A DNA stretch of 64,000 nucleotides, from the IMG/VR virus record IMGVR_UViG_3300009285_003056; one strand, written 5' to 3'. The position numbers and the translations under genes were made by a program. Positions 19,794 through 30,800 of this stretch are shown here, piece by piece. This DNA comes from a virus. Within the stretch, counting starts at the first letter, position 1. Every line of letters starts with the position of its first letter. Below the pieces are notes generated by a model. That model did no database searches and had not been told where the DNA came from. It worked only from the letters and a program-made list of their open reading frames with translations.

Positions 19794-20864
19794 TTACCCC
19801 AGGGAAAGGCCATTGGTGCCAGGGAGTGCTGTCACTCCAGGAACCGTGTAGACGATGGAGATTGAAACAGGATCGGACGATGCGTTCCGAAGAATCACGT
19901 CCACCACATACATAGTGGGGTTGTTCTTATCCGAGGTGGTTCGAACCGTAACGACTTCGTACAGTCGCTCCTTGAACGTCACTTGCTGATACTTGGCCTG
20001 TTCTGCCTGTATCTTCTGGAAGGTCTTCAGTGCTCGACGAACCTCCTCAGAAAGAGATGCCGCCACATTCCCGACCGCCTTGGACCCTATCTTGTTCTGG
20101 ATGGACGTGCCATAGAAAGTGTGATACGGATTTGAACCTTGTGTGGTTAGAAGCAGCTTCTGTGCTGCCTGGACCAACAGGTTCTCATTCGTGATCATTG
20201 CCATATTGCCGTGTTGATCGAATCTATAGTCATTTTCGATCCCGTACCCACGGCACCGCAAACACTTGTACCTGTCCACTGTATAGGAAACCGTCAGAGT
20301 CGGATTCGATTGTAGAGGTTCTACAAATTTGAGACTCTTGGTGAGCGAACCAGTAGGCTTAGCCAATGTCCAGCCCGGATATACCTTGTGCCCTCGTGCC
20401 CCAAGTTGTCCCGTAAACCCAAGAGCCGATGCTGCCAACCCCGAAACCTGAATGACAGAGGTTGACCCAGTGCTATCGGAGTCTGTCAACTTCAAACATC
20501 CGTTAGCATCTTCTACTGCGATTGATGAAGCTTGGGCCTTCAAGGCAACAATCACATCCTGGACACTCAGACGCTCCGTAGTGCTATACGGCAATGTTAT
20601 AGATAGCGTTTCCTTGGATGAAATCACAGAGAATGTCTGCTCGTTACGGATGATCCTGAAGGGGCCAGAAAAAGCCCCGATAAGGGAGGCATTCGTACTA
20701 AGGCCCTGACTAGGGATTGTCACGCTATCGTTTGCTCTGAGCTGGATAAAGCCCCCTGCCACAGGCTGTTTGGTGGGTAGAGACATCCGATCAGAGCCGA
20801 GGGTAATAACCTCCTCAACCGTAAGATGTGGGCAACTGAACGCTAATCGGACATCTTGGGACAC
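19794..20864 (-). CDS. Baseplate wedge / sheath-initiator protein, gp25/GPW-like C-terminal domain with N-terminal extension (356 aa, GTG start)
   Basis: The C-terminus ENDYRFDQHG...NENLLVQAAQKLLLTTQGSNPYHTFYGTSIQNKIG...LSEEVRRAL...VDVILRN is gp25-like, and the gene lies directly upstream of baseplate J. Confidence 0.75.
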   Translation of the reverse strand: MSQDVRLAFSCPHLTVEEVITLGSDRMSLPTKQPVAGGFIQLRANDSVTIPSQGLSTNASLIGAFSGPFRIIRNEQTFSVISSKETLSITLPYSTTERLSVQDVIVALKAQASSIAVEDANGCLKLTDSDSTGSTSVIQVSGLAASALGFTGQLGARGHKVYPGWTLAKPTGSLTKSLKFVEPLQSNPTLTVSYTVDRYKCLRCRGYGIENDYRFDQHGNMAMITNENLLVQAAQKLLLTTQGSNPYHTFYGTSIQNKIGSKAVGNVAASLSEEVRRALKTFQKIQAEQAKYQQVTFKERLYEVVTVRTTSDKNNPTMYVVDVILRNASSDPVSISIVYTVPGVTALPGTNGLSLG

Positions 20865-20902
20865 GATCTTACACCCCCTATCTCCCCCACCCCATAGACT
20901 AG

Positions 20903-21808
20903 TTAGGGCATAAGATCCAAAAGCAACTCGGTTGGATCGTCTGCATACGTCCAGCCCAGAAGCGAAATGTTCTCTTTGTTCGGCACTCCAACCAAAGGAC
21001 CATCCGGGGGGTTTTCGGCAAACAACGCGCTGTCAATATCTGCTACCATCTTCTGAACTCTTCTGTCTTGGGCGAAAATCTCATCATCGAACTGGATCAG
21101 GATTGAGAGTGCACCCCCGAATGCCTGTTGTAGCGTTTCGTCTCGCTCTTTCTCCAATTGTTCCCCTAAGTCAGCCAATTTGATTATCTTGGCTTCTAGA
21201 TTCTGAAGCTTCTCCCGAATCTCTTTGTTGCACCACCCCCTAACATGATGCATGACCCTAGCGATAGCTTCGTGATCATCCCCATAGGCTTTTCTCCCCC
21301 CGGTACGCTTGGGGGCATATTTTGTCAGGTTCAGATAGCCGCCTGGAGACGGTCCAAATCCACTAGTATCGTTCTGGGGCTGGCCCATACCCTGATCCGT
21401 CTCGTCGTAGTCATGAGAAACCGGAGCTGCTACCCCGCCGTAGGGATACTCCTCAGCATACACGGGGGTGTTGTCGGCGTTCAACCCCACAATTGATGAT
21501 CGGGCTGGAATCCAAAACTGCGAGATGTCCAAGGGATTCCCACCCTGGACGATGTATGCCTGGAGCAATTTTTCCAACGATGACCCTGGGGTGACGGATA
21601 TGTACTCTCGATGCTCAGTGCGCTTTACCTCCCCAGATGTGGGGTTGGTAACAGCCCGATACTCTAAAGTAACTTTGCCGATTCGAGCCAACTCAGCATT
21701 TATCGTATTGATCCGCTTCTCCACATCTCTGCGCTCTCTCAGGACCCATCGCCGCACAGCCGTCCAGTAACCGACTCGGAAAGAACCTAATGCCCCGAAA
21801 GATGACAT
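20903..21808 (-). CDS. Hypothetical protein (301 aa) with coiled-coil segments, probably virion-associated
   Basis: Full-length ORF co-oriented and tightly packed with its neighbours. IREKLQNLEAKIIKLADLGEQLEKERDE is coiled-coil-like. Confidence 0.7.
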   Translation of the reverse strand: MSSFGALGSFRVGYWTAVRRWVLRERRDVEKRINTINAELARIGKVTLEYRAVTNPTSGEVKRTEHREYISVTPGSSLEKLLQAYIVQGGNPLDISQFWIPARSSIVGLNADNTPVYAEEYPYGGVAAPVSHDYDETDQGMGQPQNDTSGFGPSPGGYLNLTKYAPKRTGGRKAYGDDHEAIARVMHHVRGWCNKEIREKLQNLEAKIIKLADLGEQLEKERDETLQQAFGGALSILIQFDDEIFAQDRRVQKMVADIDSALFAENPPDGPLVGVPNKENISLLGWTYADDPTELLLDLMP

Positions 21809-21811
21809 TCC

Positions 21812-24577
21812 CTACCCCCCGAAAATTTCAGACAACAATGCCGCCAATCCCCCTCCAGTCATGGAGGGAATCAACGGTATGACTGCCAGTGCTCCGGCCC
21901 CATAGGATGCATTACTGTCAAGTGGCTTTTCCGCCGCCCCCTGGAAATCTGTGAGAACCCCATCTGTCCCATTTGAAGACAAGATGAGAACATATCCCGT
22001 AGGAACGTCCATCAGCATGAGAGCCTGGATGAGGTTGTTGATCTTTTGAATGAACAGCTGCAACTCGATTATACGGGCTTGGATGAAGTTGATGTACTCC
22101 TCGATGGCATTCGCAATAGACTGGATACCAGCCTGGATGGCTTCCAACCAATTCCTGATAGCCTTAAAGAAATCTTCCAGTCCAGGCATGGCTGGGAATA
22201 GGAGCTTAGGTTCCTCCCATTCGCCATGCCCCAACTGATCCATAGCGGCTGTAGCTACATTGAGGACAAGGGCAGCCTCTGTGTACATCTCAGCAGAGAA
22301 GAATGAACGGGCATAATATATGAATTGACTACCTTTGTGGTAGACCACAGGGGAGTTTTGCGCTGAGAAGATCGGCCCCAGGGGGCGATCCACAACACTC
22401 TCGCAAAAAAGCTGGATGTACTGCTCACCATTCTCGGGGTTCGTGAATTGCCGCCACTCTACAAACTTTCCGGTTTGTTTCGCCTGCTCGTCTAGAAGCT
22501 TTGCCTTGGCATCTTCTGTTGTAGTGATAGGGAAATTGAGGCCCGGCATGGGGCGCATTTCAGTTGGGGATCCAGAGTAATGCACCGTCTGGCTGGAGCT
22601 CCCCATCTCCCCCAAATCTACGTACTGCCCCAAATTGGACATCTGCCCACCCATCAAACTGATCGCTTGGGCTATGTTTGGGGCTAGACCAAAAGCAGGA
22701 CTTCTAGACGCCAACAGCCCGGAGAGGGGCCCCACTTCGTCCAACATCTTAGCTGTCCTCAGGGTGACTGTGGACTCAACCACCTTCTTCTGCACCGATC
22801 CGGGGACTTTAGCTGCATTGAATATCTGCCGGGCCATCACTCTAGATCGACTCTGGATGAGATCCCGAAAGCCAATGTAGTTCAACTTGTCAGCACTGGC
22901 CCCATAGATTTGCTTGAAATCATCTACCCCAAGATACGCTGACAGATTCTTAGCAAAGGGTTCGAGACCCAAAGGGCCTCGACCAAGATCATAGTTTACT
23001 ACAGGATTACGCAGCTCTCCCGTTAATATCTTGTCAGGATCCCCATTCTCTTGGGAAATTCCGTCCAACCCAGTGTAGGGGTAGGTCACCAGATCGGGTC
23101 GGGTCAACAACAACATGGCAATAGCCAACTCCAGACTCTGCAGATAAAGAGCAGAAACTTCCCCAGGGAAAACGATTGGAAGCGTGACAGAACGTTCCCC
23201 AACCGAACCGTAACTCACCTGCTGATGAATGGTGTCTCCATCGTCAGTTTCCACCTGGACTGAATCCATTGTTGCTAGAACAGGACCACTGTCAGGGATC
23301 GACGAGCGTTGGAATCGGAAGCGATACCCAAAGGAATCGTCCTGTGGGGTATCTGCACTATTCTCGATCAAGTCATCGCACGCCACAATACGAACATAAT
23401 AGGTTGCTGCCTTCCCCAAGTCTTTCCGGACTATCCAGGATCCATTGTCCGTGAACGTTGCATCATTAGGCAACTCATCCTGTGAGATGGCAAGACTGAA
23501 TCGCCCACCCGGAGAGAAAACAGAAGTCAGTTGCCCGACCAGGAAGGTTTTCTGCAAGTAGTGTGTATCCCCGTCTCTCAATAGTTCCAGGGGGATACGC
23601 TGCTTTTCTGGATTCGAGTCCGATCCTACACCATAGATTCGTTTCGTTGCAGAAGTTACGGAACTGTTGTAGTAGATAGCCTTGTCTAGTCGAAGTTGAT
23701 CCGCCCCACCCCAAAGGACTAGAGGGGACTTTCCATCAGGGGTTAGGACCAAGCCCTGTTCTCGTTGTTTTACTTGACCGCCCGCATCAGTAGGTTCCAA
23801 TCCCGGGGCATACATGATGGGCCGATCGTATTCAATTCTGATGCCACCCGGAAGTGTTGACACTTCGACTAGGAACCCATCCACAGGGGGCGTTATTGCC
23901 TCCAAGGGGGATGGGTATGTCCTACTGGTACTGATCTGCCAGGAAAGGTTCGCCACGTTCGGTGGGTTCGGGGAGAATACGTTGGAGCCTAAAGTGCTAA
24001 ACAGTGGGGCTATACTAAAAAGGTTGGCCTTGTCAGTCCCGTACCCCACATCCAGATTCACAGGCTGTGGGAGCCCCGCCCCTGTCCCCCCGAATTGAAA
24101 CAGGTTTAGGAACATCTGGACTAGCTTCAATAGCCGCTGAACACCCGTGGGGTCTACCGACAAGTAGAAGAAAACCGCTAATGTTTTCATGTTGACTGAA
24201 ACATCGGGCCGATTGGGGTCTCTCCAATCGGTCAGACGTGCCACCATCCGTTTCTCATATGCTTGATACCCGCCCTTGAGTTGAGTGAAGGGGAACTCAT
24301 TGTAGGGCTCCTGATTGTCATGGGTCATGTACAAGCCAATCTTCTGGAGATCATTGATGTAAGAGTTGATCTCCTGAATCAGAGCATCAATCAGTGCACT
24401 GATCGAATCTATGTATGGGATGGTGAAAGCTTTGATCAGGTCCAGAGCCTGAAGTGCTATGTTAAGAAGTGAGATCAACAGTTGCGCTACGCTGTTGACA
24501 TCGGTCTTCCACTTGTCCCAATCGTCTGGGGGCCAATCGAAAAGCTGGTCTTTCTTCCATTCTTGCAGATTAGCCAT
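21812..24577 (-). CDS. Hypothetical virion protein (921 aa) with amphipathic helical N- and C-termini
   Basis: Long ORF in the operon. The N-terminal (LLISLLNIALQALDLIKAF...LIQEINSYINDL) and C-terminal (AIRNWLEAIQAGIQSIANAIEEYINFIQARIIELQLFIQKINNLIQAL) helices flank a beta-rich core. Confidence 0.7.
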   Translation of the reverse strand: MANLQEWKKDQLFDWPPDDWDKWKTDVNSVAQLLISLLNIALQALDLIKAFTIPYIDSISALIDALIQEINSYINDLQKIGLYMTHDNQEPYNEFPFTQLKGGYQAYEKRMVARLTDWRDPNRPDVSVNMKTLAVFFYLSVDPTGVQRLLKLVQMFLNLFQFGGTGAGLPQPVNLDVGYGTDKANLFSIAPLFSTLGSNVFSPNPPNVANLSWQISTSRTYPSPLEAITPPVDGFLVEVSTLPGGIRIEYDRPIMYAPGLEPTDAGGQVKQREQGLVLTPDGKSPLVLWGGADQLRLDKAIYYNSSVTSATKRIYGVGSDSNPEKQRIPLELLRDGDTHYLQKTFLVGQLTSVFSPGGRFSLAISQDELPNDATFTDNGSWIVRKDLGKAATYYVRIVACDDLIENSADTPQDDSFGYRFRFQRSSIPDSGPVLATMDSVQVETDDGDTIHQQVSYGSVGERSVTLPIVFPGEVSALYLQSLELAIAMLLLTRPDLVTYPYTGLDGISQENGDPDKILTGELRNPVVNYDLGRGPLGLEPFAKNLSAYLGVDDFKQIYGASADKLNYIGFRDLIQSRSRVMARQIFNAAKVPGSVQKKVVESTVTLRTAKMLDEVGPLSGLLASRSPAFGLAPNIAQAISLMGGQMSNLGQYVDLGEMGSSSQTVHYSGSPTEMRPMPGLNFPITTTEDAKAKLLDEQAKQTGKFVEWRQFTNPENGEQYIQLFCESVVDRPLGPIFSAQNSPVVYHKGSQFIYYARSFFSAEMYTEAALVLNVATAAMDQLGHGEWEEPKLLFPAMPGLEDFFKAIRNWLEAIQAGIQSIANAIEEYINFIQARIIELQLFIQKINNLIQALMLMDVPTGYVLILSSNGTDGVLTDFQGAAEKPLDSNASYGAGALAVIPLIPSMTGGGLAALLSEIFGG

Positions 24578-24580
24578 GGC

Positions 24581-24805
24581 CTATTTTCCGCCCCCAAATT
24601 TGATCCGATTGAGCATCTCTTTGCTCTCTAGCAGAGACTTCACGTCCTGATTCAATTGGTCCTGGAACATATCCCGGAGTTTGGTCAGCATTCCACGTTG
24701 CTTATCCAAGCTGGCTCGCTGGCGTTGGCCCCCTTTCAATGGTGCCCACCCCCCAGGCGATATACCCAACTGTTTGAACATCTCTGCCAGTTCCTGATCC
24801 GTCAT
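24581..24805 (-). CDS. Small coiled-coil hypothetical protein (74 aa)
   Basis: ATGA overlap with the stop of the 3955-aa gene and a 3-nt gap to the next gene. Confidence 0.65.
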   Translation of the reverse strand: MTDQELAEMFKQLGISPGGWAPLKGGQRQRASLDKQRGMLTKLRDMFQDQLNQDVKSLLESKEMLNRIKFGGGK

Positions 24806-27800
24806 TCGATTAGTCCCTTTCTCTGGAGAACAGTCTGCACCATCTCTTCCTTCAGCTCCGGTATTTGACTATCAAGCCGTTCGATGGCTGCCAGTGTTCC
24901 TGTCTTCCTGTCCGTTCGATATCCGATCCAAGCATTCCGCAACTGCCGGAATCGATCATCTATATCTAGTGCAATATCAACCCAATCGGGAAGTACAGGC
25001 CGAACAAGAGACGGGGCGGGTACAGCCGTCACATCATTATACGCCGTGTAGGGAACATCTCCTGGGCCCGTCACCATCCTTACGCCCACTCCTGTCCCGT
25101 CACTCGTAAGGTAGTCAAGACGGGTGTCTAAAGCCCAGAACCTCCGGTCCAGTATAGAGAGACAGTCATAGTCGTTACCAAACGGAAGGGTGTTGGTCTG
25201 CCCCCCGGCGTCGATGATCAAAGAGTTGTTGAACACCCCCAGCCCTGAATCCGCAATGGTGACAAGACCAATGTTGTCCCCATGGTTGTCTTGCTGGAAG
25301 ATGTAGTAGTCTCCAGACTTACCACCTGACATAGGACCCCGGAACTGTTCGATCAGGGATAGCGTCCTCTCTCGTGTAGACAAGATGATGTCTATCGCTT
25401 CCTCTGAGAACAATCCAGACGGACGAATCACCTTGTAGGAGAAGGGTCGTATGGAATGGAAACTGTAACTGAAAGAGTTAGCTATCGGGGCTGGGGTGCC
25501 ATCATCCAGTAACCCAGCCAGTCTAGTGGGGCGAAGATCCACCTGACCTTCTATGCCTGTAGGTGGCAATGGCGAACCATTAACCGTGGGGTAGACCGCA
25601 TAACCCAAAGTAGTCTGTGCTACCACATCCGGAGGGAAGATCACATCCGTACCAAGGATTCCCCCAAACCTAGACGTACCGTCCACTTCTAACCAATGGT
25701 TGGTGTCATCAATTGCTGTGACCCGATAGAAACCCCGATTGTCGTCCAAGGCAGATGGGTGCCCAGAAGCGAAGAATGCTGGGTCCTGCGCTTGCCTTGG
25801 CAACACACCTTTATCCCCATACGGTCTAGACCCGGATTCAGGGGGAGTGGTCTCCCCAGTTGGCCCCCGAACTCTTCCGGCAGGGTCGACCAAGACAATA
25901 TCCCCTACTAGCACACCCCTCTTGCTGAATGAATCCGCTGTGGAATCATCTTGCAGCTTATTCACCACACCAGAGTAAGGCAATGCAAGAGTGATGTTGG
26001 GGACGTACCCGCCTTCTTGAGTTGTATAATCGGCTGCAGTCGATGTAACCACCCGTTCCGTAGCCAAAGTTAGAAGCTGCTCGCAAGACTGCTCATGTGG
26101 TACAGGGGCATTCTTCAAGTAGATTTCGAAGTACCACCGTTCGTACTGTCCCAACGTCACGTCATTCAAAAATTCGGGGTTGGTTAATCCGGGGGGCATG
26201 AGACGAACCACATCATCCGCAGCGACCTTCATGATGGGCACTTCTTCAACTACTTCCCAAGGTCGAGGATAGGCTCCTGCAGTAAGGTTGCTCTTGATCA
26301 GCCGGAAGATGTCCCCCTCTCTGATAGCCACATCAGGTGACGTGAATAACCCGAGCTGTGTCCCCATGTAGATAGCCCCGCCCAAATAGTAGGGGGAATC
26401 AGGCGGAAATGCGTAGCCGGTGGCTGTTACCAATCCTGCCTGCTTCAAGGCCACATCTGATGCATAGTTCGTGATCCGGCCTCTACGCACCTCATAGGCG
26501 AATCGCAATGGGTTGAGATTTTCCGCCAACGAATCCTGTACCTCATGGAATCGCCGGATTCTACGAACTTCTAAGTCAATTGTTTCATTCACACCATCAA
26601 AACGGAATCCGATCTCCGTAACTGCGACAGCCGGAGTGTTATCTTGCACCAACCTCTGGTCTCCTACTGCATCCGCCGCTAAATTCTGGGCTGGACGGGC
26701 GAAAGATGGCTCCAGGAAGATACCGGACTTTGCCCAGAAACCGTTAGTCAGAACGTCATCGTAGACATTCGTACCAGCGATTGCACTAAAGGGAGCCTCT
26801 GTAGTCAGGACATCCTGTGGCAGAATACAAGTTGCAGCGGTATTAACACCAGGGGGGATTGGATTTCGGATGTTGTCCCAGGCCGTTCCTGGACCGACTC
26901 GATATGTAGTCGTGAAGTTGGAGATGTCCAGATAACCTGGGACGCCTGCATAGACAGTCGTGAACTTGTCTGCCTGGAATACAGTGCTGATACCTGCAAC
27001 CAATGTTCTGGGATGGACCCTAATGTCGTCTGCAGCTACTCCTGCTACGATATTCCTCATGTTGGCTGGAACAGGGTTACAGTATGTCTGGTCTTCCACG
27101 AACTCTTGTGGCCCCACGGTAGCCCCTGGAGATGTGATTGTAATCCCAGCCAACCCATAGATAGCTCGTGTCAATCCCGCTGTGTCTGTAGTGAACCCCA
27201 CAGTGTTGTTTGCTGGAAGCCCTTGCTCATCGAAAGGTTGGATAGCAAAGTAGGCCATACCTGAAATCAACTGGCCTTGTTCCAATAGGGCCCAGAACTC
27301 GGCGCCTTCATTTCCCATTGCGATGTTGGATCCGTCGGCGGCTCTGTATTCTGTTCCCGTGTTGACTCGCAGGGTAAACTTGCGGTAGTCGGCATTCAGG
27401 GGGTTGTCTTCAACGGATACGTACTCAGCCGCTAATACCTGTGAATCCGCCCCATCGTTGACTAGAACAATATAGAGAATACCTGCTGCAGGAAAACCAT
27501 GCCCTGAGGGAGAATCAGCCATGGTGGCAGAGTCAAAGATGTCAGTGATCCTGATAGTCCTATCAATAGAATCGATACTAGGCCCCACATGAGCAACCCC
27601 CCCTGTACCACCTGTCCCAAGTGCCGTGGCGATCCTGAAAGCTCTAGCAGTCACAGGAGCCGCTACCGCAAAGGTTCTATTCAGAGCTACCACGCTATGT
27701 CCAGCAACATGGACATGATCCCCTACGATAAGCCCATGTGCCGTGGCTGTGGTGATAGTCGAGAAACCACCTGTTGAAATGGATGATGTCAGGATCGATG

Positions 27801-30800
27801 GATTACTGGACGACTCCGCAATCTTGGGGAATCTGATATCTACCCAACCACTTCCACCCCCTGCTTGACTCGAAAGGGTGAGCGCCCGAACTTCATCCCC
27901 CGCCAGAGATAAGATACCACCGACCCCTAATGGAGTATTCTGCTCTACAGCGTGCCGAACCAGATACGTGCCTGTCTTGATGCTTCCTTGAACAGTATGC
28001 CCCCCAGAGATCACTACAGTGTCGCCTGGAACCACTTTCGATACTGCTCCACCGTCAGGAGCTCCTGCTGTGACATCTATGTTCGTAATGATGTTGTCCA
28101 CAGGATCCTGAACCAACCCAAACCCACGACAGATGATTCCCCCATCTCCGGGCAAAGTGACGGTCTCATCCAAACCCATAGATGGAAGCATAGAGAATGT
28201 GATGTCCTGAGAAGTGATGGCCACGTTGCCCGCATTGTGTGTAAGGGTTACCGGAATGACAAGTGGACCCGCCCCATATCCATGCCCAGGGTTGGTGACA
28301 GTCACAGTCAAGACTGCCCCGGTTACAGGGTCCACAGTGGCGTATCCTGCTGCCCCAGTACCCACACCACCAAAGGCCACTTCTACAAAGCCACCCTGAT
28401 ACCCTGCTCCAGGGGCTGCAACTACAACAGACGTAACCACCCCGCCCAAAACGTTCCCTGTTGCTATAGCACCTGCCCCTAACGGTAGTTCTCTGTACCC
28501 CTCAAACCCCATGGCTCGTAGGGAACCTACTTCATCACCCGCTCCAATAGCAGATGCTACCTCAAATGTCCCCACACCACGGGAAATTCCATCTGTAGCC
28601 TTCAAGTCAGATGAATCCCGCTCCAAGAAAGTGAGGGGGAAGAAAATGCCCCCACCATTATCTCCATTGATCCCACGGTTGATTGTACTGGTTGCAGAAG
28701 TTTCAGTCTCTACTTGGGGTACAAGAAGTTGGCAATCGATGCGTTGCTTTCCGATCGGATGTACCCAACCCCGTTCTCTGGCCAAACGGAAATCGATCTG
28801 CTCAAGGAATGTAAGCCTATCTGTAAAGATGGCTCCTGTTGTAGACTTCCCAGCCACTGTGCTAAGAGAGAAAGTGAAATCCACGCAATAATCCGTCTGT
28901 ACTACATTTAAGGCGATGACAGATGAGGGCAACTCAGGATGCAAAGCCAAATTCAGAACTGTTGATGCCCCCACACCCGTTACTACGATGGATGTCTGAT
29001 TGAACACTACCGCCAGACCAGCGACAGCCAGATCAGCGGTGACTTGCCCAGCGCCATCAAATGTAATGGGGACCGTGTATTCCCCAGGATAAAACACCCC
29101 TAATGGTTCCCGAACGAACATCCTGAGGGTCAGTAAATTCAGGACGTGAGCGAACAGAACGGTATTCAACCCCCCCGTTGCCCCAGCCGTCCCGTCATTC
29201 AACGCTATCTGTGGCAAGACTGTAGAGAAATCCAGAGTCAGACTCTCCACGCCTGGATTGGAGTCCACTGTGATCTGGACACCCGTGGGATTCACTGGAA
29301 GCGGGGGCATACCAAGAGTCCAGTCCCAAGATGTCTCGTCATGGCAGAAAGACATGAAATGATCCACAGTGTAGCGGATATCATCCCCCATCGCTGTTGG
29401 AGTAATGAACCTGGGGGGTTCAATCATACTGTACGTGTTCAGACCATTCCGATTGACCCTACCAATTGACAACCAACCTTGCGACCCCTCTGGTAATTCC
29501 GCTGTTCCTGTTCCGTACTGAGTAAGGAGCAAATCATATGCTTGAGCATTCTCTGTCCCAAGTAGCAAAGGATCGCCACTTACTGGATTGTGCCAGACCG
29601 TTGTGAGAAGAGCAGCTGGTGAGATATCCCCCGCCAGAGTTGTTCGTATCGTCCCGTCATTGGCTTTGATCTCATCCGGATATACAAAATTCCAGTTGGG
29701 GTTTCCAGGTCCGGGCCAAGGCACAGTCACCGGATCAGAACCGGCTGAAACTGTAGCCAGTATCTCTGCCAGATAGTCTTGTGCATAGCCCAATCTCTCC
29801 AGTTCTGTATTGGTAGCCCCAATGTATGGGGTTGAAACATCTCCCGTATCGTCTTTGGCCTGTCCAAGCAAGGCGGGGATCATTAGGGGAGAAGTTGAAC
29901 TGTTAGTTATCTCTACTTCTGCTTCGTAGGCTACCATAGGCTTGGGAGGCGTCTGATTCATCAGATTCTGAAAGTCCAAGAACCATGGTATAGGGTCACT
30001 ACCTCCCGGAAGAGAAATGTCTACCAGCTTCCCTGACTTCCTAACCAATACGTCCGATCCCACACGGAATGCCGGGAGGGCATCCCTGAACCTTGCCTGA
30101 TCCTCTGGAGTGGGCGGGGTTGTAGGCTCCTGAGCATCAAACCCTGGTGGAGTAATCAACAACGTATCCCCCGGGTCTAGAGTCAGAGGGGCACCACTGG
30201 TTTGATCCTGCATCTGGAGAATGTGAGTGGGGTTGACAATGGGTAGGTCAGCACCCAAAGCATCAACAGTCTTGAAGGTCACTACACACCCGTACAGCAC
30301 TTCGTCTACAAACACTCCAGATGGGCTGATGCCATCCAACAAGACTAAGGGGCACCCCACGGAAGAGATCGTACTATCAGGATGCCCAAAAGCCACCTGC
30401 ATCTTAGACGCAAACATCCCCATAATGGGGTGATAGAAGGGGGGCGAACTTACTTCTATCTCCCCAGTAGTGAGGTCAGCCAAACCCTCTGTGGGGGCTG
30501 TCTGTTGCTGCAGTTTGGAGACATCTGGATATCCGGTAGTAGGGTCTATTGGAAAATCTCGTAGAGGTAGAGGAGTTGCCACCACACAGGGCCTGTCTAG
30601 GGGCACATTGGGAAGGGTACCATCGAAAGCACCTTGTGGGATTCCTGTAGGATAGTACTTCCATACCCTAGCCCGTGGGAATCTCTTACGGAGAGTGACT
30701 TCGCTAACACCACTCAACTCCCCCATGACGGGATTAGCCAACCGACCTATGGTAGTCCCCCAGGTTGACTCGAAATCACCATCTATTAACCTAAGATACG

